A stretch of 64,000 nucleotides of DNA from Candidatus Multivorans sp. (GCA_965206765.1 OZ242222.1:1191165-1255164), one strand, 5' to 3'. Shown: positions 9,764 to 19,490, numbered from the stretch's first letter. Numbers and translations: made by a program. The notes: generated by a model from the letters alone, not told the origin.

Positions 9764-10224
9764 GATCCACTCCCGGACGACTCGTCGGGATCCCGATCCG
9801 AAGCCGCGTCGCTCCTGCCTGCGGCCTCGTCCAGAAGGCCCTTCCAGAACGCCAGGTGACTGCCGACGCGGCGCTTCACGGTACCCACGGGCGATTCGAG
9901 ACGGCGCGCCCTGACACGGACGATCCAGAGCAGGATCAACGCCAGCGCCAGCAGGCCGACGGCGACCGCCAGCGCGGCCGCCCAGAGCGGCAGCACATTC
10001 GCCAAGCCGGCGCCGGCCGCGAAGAGGAGTGCGCCGAGCGCCCAGAAGACGACGCCGAACACCAGTCCCGCGAGCAGAACGAGGCCAAGAAAACGGCGCC
10101 AGTTCTGCGCCAGGTCGAAGCGCAGTTGATCCACTTCCGCTTCGAGCAGGGCCGAGGCGGAACGCGCCAGAGCACCTCCCAGCCCACTCAGAGTGGTCAA
10201 TGACTCGACGAACTTCGTGGTCAT
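9760..10224 (-). CDS. Phage holin family (Holin-X / YqjE-like, PF07332) membrane protein
   Basis: 154 aa. The MTTKFVESLTTLSGL...LLEAEVDQLRFDLAQ N-terminus followed by two TM helices is characteristic of the holin-X/YqjE family. Confidence 0.55.
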   Translation of the reverse strand: MTTKFVESLTTLSGLGGALARSASALLEAEVDQLRFDLAQNWRRFLGLVLLAGLVFGVVFWALGALLFAAGAGLANVLPLWAAALAVAVGLLALALILLWIVRVRARRLESPVGTVKRRVGSHLAFWKGLLDEAAGRSDAASDRDPDESSGSGS

Positions 10225-10299
10225 AAGCGGCTCAGCCTCCAGGCAGCCCCCGGGTCAGCCTCCGAGCAGCCTACCCGTATCGCCCCGGTCAGACGCTGG

Positions 10300-12084
10300 T
10301 CAGGCGCCGACTCGCAGGGTGCGTGTAATGAAGGAAGTCTGGCCGGCCACCTCGTCCCGCACCCCGATCGTCAGGCGTTGATCGCCCTCCTTCATGATCA
10401 ACGGCAGCGTGTAGGTGTAGAAGCTCTCCCGCGCACGCTCCAGATCCTCGGCCGGGATGGTGAGCTCGAACGGCTCGACCTGGGGCGGCGAGATGTCGCC
10501 GTTCGACGCCAGGGCCTGCACCCAGACCCGCGCTCGCAGGAGGTGCTCTCCGACCGTGCCCACCGGGACCAGGGTCATCTCGCCGATCGGCACCCTCACA
10601 TCGAGGTGGACGGTGTAGAGCCCCTTCTCCTCACGGCGAATCTCGTCGGACTTGACCAGGGTGATGTCCAGGTCGTTCTTCTCGTAGCCGAGCTTGAGCG
10701 CCGCCAGGGTCCCCTCGGTCATCTCCGTATCGATCGACTTGTCGCGGTAGCTCAGGCGATGCCTCACGAACCGGTCCCGCTTCAACCCCAGCCGTCTCTT
10801 CGCCTCGTTCGTCAACTCGACGTTGATCCTGTACCTCCGGCCGGTACCCGCATGACCGGGCTGGAAGCCGAGCGAGTAGTAGCTCGTGAAGTCGAGGGCG
10901 ACGCGGTTCAGGCCATCGCGGAAGTTGTTCGTGTTCACGATGTACTGACCGCCGGTTTCCTCGGCCATGTACATCACCGACGAGTGCATGTTGTCCCGGG
11001 CCACCGAGTCGATGTTGGACGAGAACGCCATGCCCTGCATGGACGCGTCCCGCGAGTTGATGCCCATCGGCCCGGAGGCGTCGACCGTGTAGAAGGAGAC
11101 TTCGTTCGCGTTCGCGGTGTCGACCAGATCCTGAAAGCGCCGGCTCGAGTCGTACTGCAGCGAATCGAGGAAGAAGTTCTGGTTGTAGCTCCCCGAGTCC
11201 ACCGCCCGGCCGCGTTCATCGAGCGCACTGAACATGTCCGCGCCTGCCCGCATCGGCAGACCGTCCGAGATGTACATGAAGGCCTTGCGGCCGGGCAGGC
11301 CGGCCAGCGAGATCACGGTGTCCTTCAGCCCGTCGAGGGTGAACTGCATGTCGTTGAAGATCGTCTGGGCGTAGATCCGGACGCGGCCCTGGACGTACTC
11401 GTAGTGGCGGTCCTCCTCGCCGATGTCGCGGATGATGTCGGCGCGGTCCGAGTCCCACTGCGTCCTGCCGCCGGTGTGCTTCTCGAGTTCATAGAGAGCG
11501 TTCGCAATCATCTGCGGATCGGTGGTGAAGTCCCGCTCGATCTTCACGGAGCGGTTGTAGCTCAACAGCATGACCCGATCCTCTCGCGTCACGTCCTTGC
11601 GCAGGAACTCGCGCACGTACCGGAACACCCGGTTGCGGTTCTGGGGCCGGATGTTCAGATGATCGATGTAGATCACCAGGTTGAGGCGTTCGTCCTCGGG
11701 CACGACACGACCCCGGCGCTCCAGTCCCGGCCGATCCACGAACCGGACTTCGGGTTCGTCCGGCACCAGGCCGGGAACGTCGCTTACCTTGACCCGATCG
11801 TTGATTTCGTAGAAGTTCGTGATCTTGATCGGGTCCTTCTCCTCTTTCAGAACGAAGTCGTTCCGGGTCAGGCCGGTGACTGGGTTGCCGTCCTTGTCGC
11901 GGACGAAGACCTGCACGTTCACGACCTTGATGTGGACGGACTCCTCGAAGGTGGCGCGAGGCGTTTGAGAGCGTCCCTGGCTGGGCCTCTCCTGGGCCGG
12001 AACGGCGACCGCCCCGATCAGCGGCAATCCGGCGATCAAGGCCGCGGCGTACAGAAGCGACACCTGGCGGAATGGTCGGTACAT
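10300..12084 (-). CDS. VWA domain-containing secreted protein (acidobacterial-type VWFA-related family, TIGR03436-like)
   Basis: The start is at MYRPFRQVSLLYAAALIAGLPLIGAVAVPAQE (signal peptide). The VWA region carries a MIDAS-like DxS/T. The 660-aa annotated ORF has a spurious 66-codon extension. Confidence 0.7.
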   Translation of the reverse strand: MYRPFRQVSLLYAAALIAGLPLIGAVAVPAQERPSQGRSQTPRATFEESVHIKVVNVQVFVRDKDGNPVTGLTRNDFVLKEEKDPIKITNFYEINDRVKVSDVPGLVPDEPEVRFVDRPGLERRGRVVPEDERLNLVIYIDHLNIRPQNRNRVFRYVREFLRKDVTREDRVMLLSYNRSVKIERDFTTDPQMIANALYELEKHTGGRTQWDSDRADIIRDIGEEDRHYEYVQGRVRIYAQTIFNDMQFTLDGLKDTVISLAGLPGRKAFMYISDGLPMRAGADMFSALDERGRAVDSGSYNQNFFLDSLQYDSSRRFQDLVDTANANEVSFYTVDASGPMGINSRDASMQGMAFSSNIDSVARDNMHSSVMYMAEETGGQYIVNTNNFRDGLNRVALDFTSYYSLGFQPGHAGTGRRYRINVELTNEAKRRLGLKRDRFVRHRLSYRDKSIDTEMTEGTLAALKLGYEKNDLDITLVKSDEIRREEKGLYTVHLDVRVPIGEMTLVPVGTVGEHLLRARVWVQALASNGDISPPQVEPFELTIPAEDLERARESFYTYTLPLIMKEGDQRLTIGVRDEVAGQTSFITRTLRVGA

Positions 12085-12094
12085 AGACTGCCGA

Positions 12095-12937
12095 TTATAG
12101 GCGACGACCCCGACGCCCCGCCATCGGGTCGAGGGTGCCGTGGCGATTGCTCCGCCCCAAGGGGTACGACCCCCGCAGCGCCCGCTCGACGAAGGCGACT
12201 GCCCGCCGCACTGCCCGCTCGAGCGGCATGTGCCAGCCAAGACCCGCGGCGATGGCCGCCGACAGGGTGCAGCCCGTGCCACGCCGCCAGGGGGTCCGGA
12301 TCCTTGGGTGGACGAAAGCCTCGAACCGATTCCCGTCGAACAGCAGATCGGTCAGTTCGCCGCCGTTGCCGCCGTCAGGCGCCCCCGCCGCGGCCGAATA
12401 GCCGTGGCCTCCGGTGATCAGGACACTCGGCCCCATCCGCTCGATGCGCCGCGCGGCAGCCCGGGCATCGTCCGGGCCCCCGATCGCCATGCCGCTCAGC
12501 CGCTCAGCCTCGAACAGGTTCGGTGTCACGAGCAGCAGTCTCGGCAGCAGTCGCTCCACGACCAGGGGGAGAGCGTCCACCTCCAGGAGCGCGGCGCCCG
12601 ACGTCGACCGGAACACGGGGTCGAACACCGCCGGCGTCGGCGGCAGTGTCTCCAACCAGTCCGCGACCGCCTCGACCGTAGCGGCATCGGCGAGCATCCC
12701 GATCTTGATCGCGTCGATCCCGATCTCGGCAGCCGCCTCCAACTGCCGTACCAGCAGCTCGGTACCCACCGGTTCAACCGCCCGCACCTCGCTCGCGGTC
12801 TGGGCCGTGACCGCGGTGAGTGCGCACAGGCCGTGAACCCCGTATGCCGCAAAGGTCCGCAGATCCGCCGGCACCCCCGAGCAACCCCCGGAGTCGGAGC
12901 CGGCGATGGTCAGGACGCGCGGCGGCGGCGCAGCCAT
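12095..12937 (-). CDS. thiD: Hydroxymethylpyrimidine/phosphomethylpyrimidine kinase
   Basis: 280 aa from the internal ATG at 12937 (MAAPPPRVLTIAGSDSGGCSGVPADL...). Ribokinase-like fold with a GTGCTLSAAIAAGL anion hole. The 541-aa annotated ORF is a read-through. Confidence 0.8.
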   Translation of the reverse strand: MAAPPPRVLTIAGSDSGGCSGVPADLRTFAAYGVHGLCALTAVTAQTASEVRAVEPVGTELLVRQLEAAAEIGIDAIKIGMLADAATVEAVADWLETLPPTPAVFDPVFRSTSGAALLEVDALPLVVERLLPRLLLVTPNLFEAERLSGMAIGGPDDARAAARRIERMGPSVLITGGHGYSAAAGAPDGGNGGELTDLLFDGNRFEAFVHPRIRTPWRRGTGCTLSAAIAAGLGWHMPLERAVRRAVAFVERALRGSYPLGRSNRHGTLDPMAGRRGRRL

Positions 12938-13710
12938 AGCAGAACGACCAGAAGCATGAGAGCGGCCGCGATCAACTGCGCCACCGTGAGCGCTCCGAAG
13001 AAGCGATCGTCCTTGGCGCGCAGGAACTCGACCAGGAAGCGTTCCAGCGACAGCAGACCCACGACCGGCAGGACGACGCCGCCGGCCGGTGTGCCCCGCG
13101 CCAGAAGCGACCGACCTAGCCAGAAGATGAGAAGAGCGGTCAAGGTCTCGTAGAGTTGAGTCGGATGCACCGCGACCAGGGCGTCCGGCGCCACGCCGGC
13201 GGGAAGTTCGACACCGAACTCCCGCTGCAGGGCGCTGGCCACCGTGGGGATCGGTCCCTCGGGGAAGGTCATTCCCCAGGGAAGGTCCGTCGGCGCACCG
13301 TAGTCGTCGCCGACGAGCAGGCACCCGATGCGGCCGATGCCGTAGCCCAGCGCCAGCGCGGGCGCAGCCGCGTCGGCGGTCCGCCACGCCGGCATCCGGC
13401 GACGATGGATCACGAACAGAACCGCCGCCGCCCCGACCAGGAAGCCGCCGTACCAGACCAGACCGGCGCGGCTGTAGAGCAGACGCCAGTCGCCGTAGAG
13501 CAGCGCGTAGTACGCCTTGCCGCCGGCGATGCCCCCGAGGGCGGCAGCCAGCAGAATCGCCGCGGCGTCGTCGGCGGCCCGCGCCGCGCTCGCGCCCACG
13601 CGCCGGAGGCCCCAGCGCAACTGCAGGTTGCCGATGAACAGAGCGGCCACGAGCATCACCCCGAAGGGCGAGACCGACAGCGGGCCGACGCTGAACAACT
13701 CCGAGATCAT
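12910..13710 (-). CDS. lgt: Prolipoprotein diacylglyceryl transferase
   Basis: 266 aa from the ATG at 13710 (MISELFSVGPLSVSPFGVMLVAALFIG). Lgt signature YGIGRIGCLLVGDDYG. It overlaps the thiD start by 28 nt. Confidence 0.85.
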   Translation of the reverse strand: MISELFSVGPLSVSPFGVMLVAALFIGNLQLRWGLRRVGASAARAADDAAAILLAAALGGIAGGKAYYALLYGDWRLLYSRAGLVWYGGFLVGAAAVLFVIHRRRMPAWRTADAAAPALALGYGIGRIGCLLVGDDYGAPTDLPWGMTFPEGPIPTVASALQREFGVELPAGVAPDALVAVHPTQLYETLTALLIFWLGRSLLARGTPAGGVVLPVVGLLSLERFLVEFLRAKDDRFFGALTVAQLIAAALMLLVVLLWLRRRRAS

Positions 13711-13755
13711 GAGTGGGCATCCTACGTCGCCGCCGCTTGAAGGCGCGGCGCTAGC

Positions 13756-14805
13756 ATGAACGGGATGCTGAGCGAGCTGGCCCGAAACCGCTTCGCCGCG
13801 TTCCGCAGCCACATAGACAGCACGGATCCGCGGGGGCGCTGGCTCATCCTCACCCATGACAACCCGGACCCGGACGCCCTGACCGCGGCGACCATTCTGG
13901 CGAAAGTCCTCCGCTCCGGGTTCCAGCGCCGCGTCACCGCCGCCTATCGGGGCATCATCGGCCGGGCCGAAAACCAGGAGATGGTCCGCTCCCTGAAAAT
14001 GCAGTTCAGCCAGGCGCGGCGGCTGAAGCTCGAGAGCTACCGTTACGTAGCGCTGGTCGACTGCCAGCCGGCGACCGGCAACAGCCCCCTGCCTGACGAT
14101 CTGGCGCCCGAAGTCGTCATCGACCACCATCCGCGCCGCCGAAAGACTTCAGCGTCGGCCTTCCACGACCTGCGAAACGACTACGCGGCCTCCGCCACGA
14201 TCGTCGCCGAGTACCTGCTCGCCGCCGGCATTCCGGCCACCCGCCGCGAAGCGACGGCCATCGTCTACGCGATACGCAGCGAGACGCTCGACTTCTCCCG
14301 CGGCGCAGACGAGGCGGATCGGCTGATCCACGAGCACTTCAACGCCCGCGCCCTGCCGCGCCTGCTGGGCCGCATTCAGAACCCGCGGCTGCCCCTCAAC
14401 TACTTCGAGACTCTGCGCGAGGCCCTGGCCAACCTTCGCGGCGTGGACACCCTGATCATGAGCCGGCTCGGCGCCGTCGCCCAGCCCGACATCGTGCCCG
14501 AGATCGCCGATCTGCTGCTGCGCATGGAGGGCCGAACCTGGTCGCTGTGCAGTGGCCTCTACGAGGAGCGGGTCTACTGCTCGATCCGCACCACGAACAC
14601 CCGCGCGGATGCCTCTCGCGTCATGCGCCGGCTGGTCGGGCGCCGCGGCCGCGGCGGCGGCCACGGCATGATCGCCGGCGGCTGGATCCCGGCCGCCCGA
14701 GGCGGGGCCGAGGCGGTGCCGCGCCAGCAGGACCGCCTGGAGGTGCGGCTCGCCACCATTCTGCGCAAGGACCCGGCCCGGATCGCGCCGATCGCAGACG
14801 GTTGA
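13756..14805 (+). CDS. nrnA: DHH/DHHA1 family phosphoesterase (NrnA-like oligoribonuclease / pAp phosphatase)
   Basis: DHH motifs (LTHDNPDPDALTA, VIDHH) and the DHHA1 GGGH motif (RGRGGGHGMIAGG). Confidence 0.75.
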   Translation: MNGMLSELARNRFAAFRSHIDSTDPRGRWLILTHDNPDPDALTAATILAKVLRSGFQRRVTAAYRGIIGRAENQEMVRSLKMQFSQARRLKLESYRYVALVDCQPATGNSPLPDDLAPEVVIDHHPRRRKTSASAFHDLRNDYAASATIVAEYLLAAGIPATRREATAIVYAIRSETLDFSRGADEADRLIHEHFNARALPRLLGRIQNPRLPLNYFETLREALANLRGVDTLIMSRLGAVAQPDIVPEIADLLLRMEGRTWSLCSGLYEERVYCSIRTTNTRADASRVMRRLVGRRGRGGGHGMIAGGWIPAARGGAEAVPRQQDRLEVRLATILRKDPARIAPIADG

Positions 14806-14843
14806 AGCGGCGCCGTCGGGCGGTCCTCAACCGGCGGCCGCCC

Positions 14844-16460
14844 TCACTCCCACTCGATCGTGCCGGGCGGTTTGCTGGTCAGGTCGTAGACCACCCGATT
14901 CACGCCGGCCACCTCGTTCACGATGCGGCCCGCGACCCGCCCCAGGAACTCGTGCGGCAACTGGCTCCAGTCGGCGGTCATGAAGTCCTCGGTCTCGACC
15001 GCCCGCAAGGCGACGACGTTCTCGTAGCTGCGGCCGTCGCCCATCACGCCCACGCTGTGGACCGGCAGCAGCACCGCCAGCGCCTGACTCACGCGGTCGT
15101 AGAGCCCCGCGACGCGCAGTTCCTCGATGAAGATCGCGTCCGCCTCCTGCAGCACCGCCACCCGGTCGGCGGTGACCTCGCCCAGAATCCGGACGCCCAG
15201 GCCCGGACCCGGGAACGGATGCCGGCCCACGAACTCCGAACCGAGGCCGAGTTCGCGGCCGAGGTTGCGCACCTCGTCCTTGAACAGGAAGCGCAGCGGC
15301 TCGATCAACTCGAAGCCCAACCGTTCCGGCAGACCGCCGACATTGTGGTGGCTCTTGATCATCGCCGACGGGCCAAAAGCGGAGACGGACTCGATCACGT
15401 CCGGGTAGAGCGTGCCCTGGACCAGGAAGCGAATCGCGCCCGCGCCTTCGCCGGCCCGCTCCAGCTTCTCGGCCTCGCGCTGAAACACCTCGATGAAGAC
15501 GCGGCCGATCGTCCGGCGTTTCTCCTCCGGATCGGTGACTCCGGCCAGCTCACCCAGAAACTCCCGCGCGGCGTCGACCACGACCAGCCGCAGGTCGAGT
15601 CCCCGGCGCAGGCGCCGCTCCACCTCGCTGCGTTCGTTCTTGCGCAGCAGCCCGTTGTCCACGAACACCGCGGTCAACCGTTCCCCCACGGCGCGCTGCA
15701 CCAGGCTGGCCGCCACCGCCGAGTCGACGCCACCGGAGATCGCACATAGAACACGGTCCGTGGGTCCCACCTGGGCCTCGATCGCGGCTGTCGCCTCGTC
15801 GGCGTAGGACGCCATGCGCCACTCTCCGGCGGCGCCGCAGGCGTCGAACAGGAAGTTGCGCAGCATCCTGGCGCCGCTGTCGGTGTGGGTGACTTCGGGA
15901 TGGAACTGGATACCGAACAGCGCCCGCTCCCGGTCCTGGGCCGCCACCACCGGCACCGTGGAGGTCGACGCCGTCGCTTCAAAGCCCGGCGGCAGTTCCT
16001 CGACCCGGTCGCCGTGGGACATCCACACGTTCTGCTCCGGTCCGAGTCCCGAGAACAGGTCGCCGCCCTTGGCCAGCAGCGTGATGCCGGTGCGACCGTA
16101 CTCCCGCTGGCCCGACGCCGCGACCCGGCCCCCGAGGACCTGAGCCATCCACTGCATGCCGTAGCAGATTCCAAGCACCGGAACGCCGAGCCGGAGCACC
16201 TCCGGGTCGGCCTGCGGCGCGTTCCGCTCGTAGACGCTGTCCGGCCCCCCTGAGAGCACGATGCCGATCGGCCGCCGCGCCCGGATCCGGTCGGCGTCGA
16301 GGTCGAAGGGATGGATCTCGCAGTAGACCCGGAGTTCCCGGATCCGGCGGGCGATCAACTGCGTGTACTGGCCACCGAAGTCGAGCACCAGAACGGTCTC
16401 GTGCTCGCCGGCGGCGGAGGGCTGGACCGGGGACGCCGGTGCGCTCGCCGGTTCAGCCAT
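14844..16460 (-). CDS. guaA: GMP synthase (glutamine-hydrolysing)
   Basis: GATase-1 (LGICYGMQ, HPE), PP-loop SGGVDSAV, and the C-terminal dimerisation domain ending in EWE. The start is at the ATG at 16460 (MAEPAS...), forming an ATGA overlap with the gpsA stop. Confidence 0.9.
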   Translation of the reverse strand: MAEPASAPASPVQPSAAGEHETVLVLDFGGQYTQLIARRIRELRVYCEIHPFDLDADRIRARRPIGIVLSGGPDSVYERNAPQADPEVLRLGVPVLGICYGMQWMAQVLGGRVAASGQREYGRTGITLLAKGGDLFSGLGPEQNVWMSHGDRVEELPPGFEATASTSTVPVVAAQDRERALFGIQFHPEVTHTDSGARMLRNFLFDACGAAGEWRMASYADEATAAIEAQVGPTDRVLCAISGGVDSAVAASLVQRAVGERLTAVFVDNGLLRKNERSEVERRLRRGLDLRLVVVDAAREFLGELAGVTDPEEKRRTIGRVFIEVFQREAEKLERAGEGAGAIRFLVQGTLYPDVIESVSAFGPSAMIKSHHNVGGLPERLGFELIEPLRFLFKDEVRNLGRELGLGSEFVGRHPFPGPGLGVRILGEVTADRVAVLQEADAIFIEELRVAGLYDRVSQALAVLLPVHSVGVMGDGRSYENVVALRAVETEDFMTADWSQLPHEFLGRVAGRIVNEVAGVNRVVYDLTSKPPGTIEWE

Positions 16461-17521
16461 CACAGGGCGGACTCTACCTTCAGTTCTCGCTGCATCAGAT
16501 CCCGAATCGCGTCGGCGGGTTTCTTGCCCCGGTAGAGGATCTCGACCATCTGCTCGGTGATCGGAAGTTCGACCTTCTTCTCGGTCGCCAACTCCAACAG
16601 GGCGAGCGAGTTCCGTACACCTTCGGCAACCCCTGCGCGCTCGGCCTCGATCTCTTCGAGGGTGCGGCCTCGGCCGAGTTCGATCCCCGTGTTCCGGTTG
16701 CGCGACAGGCCGCCGGTACACGTCAGCACGAGATCGCCGAGACCGCCGAGGCCGGCGAAGGTGGCCGGACGGCCGCCGCAGGCCAGACCGAGTCGCATCA
16801 TCTCGTGCAGGCCGCGGGTGATCAGCGCCGCGCGCGTGTTCGATCCGTAGCGCAGGCCGTCCAGAACGCCGGCCGCGATCGCAATCACGTTCTTTGCCGC
16901 CGCGGCGATCTCGACCCCGATCACGTCGGTCGAGGTGTACAGCCGCAGCGATCCGGTTGAGAGCAGCGCCTGCAGCCGCTCGGCCACCGCGTCGGATTCC
17001 GCCGCGACGACGCAGGCGGTCGGCAGCTCGGCGGCGAGTTCGGCCGCGAACGAGGGCCCGCTGATGGTGGCGAACTCAACGTCCGTGCCGGCTGCTGCCG
17101 CCTCTTCCCGGCAGACGTCGCTCATGCACCGGAAACCGCCGCGGTGGTCCGACTCGATGCCCTTGGCGCCGGAAACGAAGGTGACCCGATCCGGCAGCGG
17201 CGCGCCGTCGCCGAGACCTCGCCGCGCCTTGAGAAAGGACCGGACGACCGCCCGAAAGCCGTGGGACGGCACGACGACCAGCACGGTCTCGCAGGCCGCG
17301 GCCTGCCGCAGATCCCAGGTGACCCGAACCTGCGCCGGCAACTCGACACCCGGGAGGTAACGCTCGTTCACCCGCTCCGCCGCCAGAACCGCGCCGAACT
17401 CGGCGGACCGGGCCCAGAGGATGACCGGCAAACCCGCCCGGGCCGCATGCACCGCGAGCGCGGTGCCCCAGGCGCCCGCGCCGAGCACGGCAACTCCATT
17501 GCCTGTGTCCGCGATCGTCAC
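16460..17521 (-). CDS. gpsA: NAD(P)H-dependent glycerol-3-phosphate dehydrogenase
   Basis: VAVLGAGAWGTALA Rossmann motif plus the conserved NVIAIAAGVLDGL and GGLSRNRNTG segments. GTG start at 17521 in a GTGA overlap with the plsY stop. The annotated 677-aa ORF is a read-through. Confidence 0.85.
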   Translation of the reverse strand: MTIADTGNGVAVLGAGAWGTALAVHAARAGLPVILWARSAEFGAVLAAERVNERYLPGVELPAQVRVTWDLRQAAACETVLVVVPSHGFRAVVRSFLKARRGLGDGAPLPDRVTFVSGAKGIESDHRGGFRCMSDVCREEAAAAGTDVEFATISGPSFAAELAAELPTACVVAAESDAVAERLQALLSTGSLRLYTSTDVIGVEIAAAAKNVIAIAAGVLDGLRYGSNTRAALITRGLHEMMRLGLACGGRPATFAGLGGLGDLVLTCTGGLSRNRNTGIELGRGRTLEEIEAERAGVAEGVRNSLALLELATEKKVELPITEQMVEILYRGKKPADAIRDLMQRELKVESAL

Positions 17522-18171
17522 TCGGCAGCCTCGGCCGCCGGCGGCTTCCGACCTAGCCGGGACTCCGTTCCCGCGCGCAGCCGGGCCAGGTTGGCCCGGT
17601 GCTTGAAAATCACCAGGACGGCGATCGCGGACACACCGGCCAGCAGTGCCGGACCGTAGTCCAGCCCGTCCGCATCCCGAAACGCGCCACCCCACCAGCG
17701 CGCAGAGACCAGCACCGGCAGAGAAGCCGCCGCCGAGATCGAGCCCAGGGAAACGTAGCGCTTCCAGGCCACCAGCAGGACGAACACGGCCAGCGCGCCG
17801 AGCCCGGCCCAGGGCACGAGCACCGCCAGCACGCCGGCGGCCGTGGCTACGCCCTTGCCGCCGCGAAAGACGAGGAACAGGGGAAACACATGCCCCGCGA
17901 CCGCCGCCGCCGCGGCAGCCGCGAGCCACCAGCTCCCGACCTCCAGCATGCGCGCGACAACCACCGCCGCCGCGCCCTTGGCCACATCGAGCAGCAGGGC
18001 GAGCAGGGCCGCCCACTTGCCCGACGCGCGCAGCACGTTCGTCGCGCCGGCGCTTCGGCTGCCGATCGTGCGCACGTCGAACCCCCGGTGGATCCGCACG
18101 ATCAGGTAGCTGAACGGCACGGACCCCAGGAGGTACGCCGCCAGGACGGCGACAGCACCGGTCGCGGTCAC
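17518..18171 (-). CDS. plsY: Glycerol-3-phosphate acyltransferase PlsY
   Basis: 217 aa, multi-TM, with PlsY motifs (GSRSAGATN, FRGGKGVATAAG). Confidence 0.85.
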   Translation of the reverse strand: MTATGAVAVLAAYLLGSVPFSYLIVRIHRGFDVRTIGSRSAGATNVLRASGKWAALLALLLDVAKGAAAVVVARMLEVGSWWLAAAAAAAVAGHVFPLFLVFRGGKGVATAAGVLAVLVPWAGLGALAVFVLLVAWKRYVSLGSISAAASLPVLVSARWWGGAFRDADGLDYGPALLAGVSAIAVLVIFKHRANLARLRAGTESRLGRKPPAAEAAE

Positions 18172-19490
18172 GATGCACCCTCCCCGCGCGGCGCCGCCCA
18201 GGGCAGCAGGTCTCGCCCGGTCTCGCGCGGCGCCAGCATCCGCCGCAGCAGCTCGAGCGCGAACTGGGTCGAGAGCTGCCGCACACGCGCCCGGTCGCCC
18301 GGGAATCGCGCCTCGAAGTGCGAAGCGGCGCCTGCCGGGCCGGCGACCGCGATGTGGACCGTTCCCACCGGCCGCGCCTCGCTGCCGCCGCCGGGGCCCG
18401 CGACGCCCGTGATCCCGATCCCGTAGTCACTGCCGCAACGCTCCCGGGCGCCCTTGGCCATCGCCAGCGCCGTCGGTCCCGATACAGCGCCATCTTCCAC
18501 CAGCGTCTGGCGAGGCACTTCGAGCAGGCGCATCTTCAGTTTGTTCGAGTAGGCGAGGAGGCCGCCCACGAAGTACGCGCTGCTGCCCGCGGTGGCGGTG
18601 AGCCGCTGGCCAAGCAGACCGCCGGTACAGGATTCGGCGACCGCGACGGTCTCGCCGCGCGCCGCCAGCAGCTCGCCGACCGCGGCCTCGAACTCGATGC
18701 CGTCCTCTACCTGGCCGACGTAGAACACCGCCTCGCCCAGGGCGTCCCGCACCTCCTCCTCCATCGCCAGCAGCCGCGGCGCGCGGCCACTGGTCGGGCC
18801 GTCCGCGCGCAGACGCAGCCGGATCTCTCCCGGTCGCGCCAGCACCGACACCATTTCGTCACCGAATCGCTCGTAGACCCGCACGATCCGCTCCTCGACC
18901 ACCGACTCCGGCAGGCAGGCGACGCGCACCTCGATCTGATCGAACCCCGCGCCGTCCTCGGCCCGCGCCGCCAGCCACGGATCAAGGGCGTCGGCGACCA
19001 GGGCCTTCAGTTCCCGCGGCACGCCGGGGAACAGGAAGTACGTCGTGCCCCGGGGCGCGGGCGCCGGATCCTCGATCCGCAGCCCGGGCGCCACGCCGGC
19101 GCGGTTCGGCAGCATTTCGGCGCCATCGACCCGCTCGGCCTGCTTGCGGTTGACCCGGGGGATCTTGCGGCCGAGCTTGCGGAACCCGCGCTCGATCTCC
19201 TCCCAGACACGTTCGTCGACGGCGACACCGCGTCCCAGCAGCCGCGCCACACCCTCCCGGGTGAGGTCGTCCCGGGTCGGGCCCAGCCCGCCGGTCACCA
19301 GCAGCACGTCCGCCCGCTCCCGGAGCGCATCCAGCGTCTCCGCGATCGAGGCGACGTCGTCACCGACCACCGCCTTCGAGACCAGCTCCACCCCCCGCCG
19401 CCTCAGCACCTCCGTCAGCACCAGCGAGTTCGTATCGAGCCGGTCCGTACCGAGCAACTCGGCGCCAACCGCGAGAATCGAAGCCTTCAC
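18168..19490 (-). CDS. cinA: CinA family protein (MoCF-biosynthesis-like N-domain plus C-terminal nicotinamide-nucleotide amidohydrolase PncC)
   Basis: LLVTGGLGPTRDDLT (MoCF domain) and ESCTGGLL ... GIGITGVAGPGG (CinA_C). Probable GTG start at 19490 (VKASILAVGAELL). The 853-aa annotated ORF is a read-through. Confidence 0.8.
   Translation of the reverse strand: MKASILAVGAELLGTDRLDTNSLVLTEVLRRRGVELVSKAVVGDDVASIAETLDALRERADVLLVTGGLGPTRDDLTREGVARLLGRGVAVDERVWEEIERGFRKLGRKIPRVNRKQAERVDGAEMLPNRAGVAPGLRIEDPAPAPRGTTYFLFPGVPRELKALVADALDPWLAARAEDGAGFDQIEVRVACLPESVVEERIVRVYERFGDEMVSVLARPGEIRLRLRADGPTSGRAPRLLAMEEEVRDALGEAVFYVGQVEDGIEFEAAVGELLAARGETVAVAESCTGGLLGQRLTATAGSSAYFVGGLLAYSNKLKMRLLEVPRQTLVEDGAVSGPTALAMAKGARERCGSDYGIGITGVAGPGGGSEARPVGTVHIAVAGPAGAASHFEARFPGDRARVRQLSTQFALELLRRMLAPRETGRDLLPWAAPRGEGAS

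Noticed and set aside
14806-14843. Bidirectional rho-independent terminator between convergent nrnA and guaA
   Set aside because: There is a GC-rich imperfect inverted repeat but no U-tract on either strand. That is too weak to call.
16461-16721. N-terminal extensions on annotated ORFs (guaA to 16721, nnr to 8945, thiD to 13720, lgt to 14130, gpsA to 18493, cinA to 20729, pdp to 21043, surE to 24644, pcm to 23991, ribD to 48295, addA to 61819, bamA to 33156)
   Set aside because: The extended parts are Arg/Pro/Gly-rich nonsense that overlaps the upstream gene in another frame. In each case a homology-supported internal ATG or GTG start sits just at or beside the upstream gene's stop.
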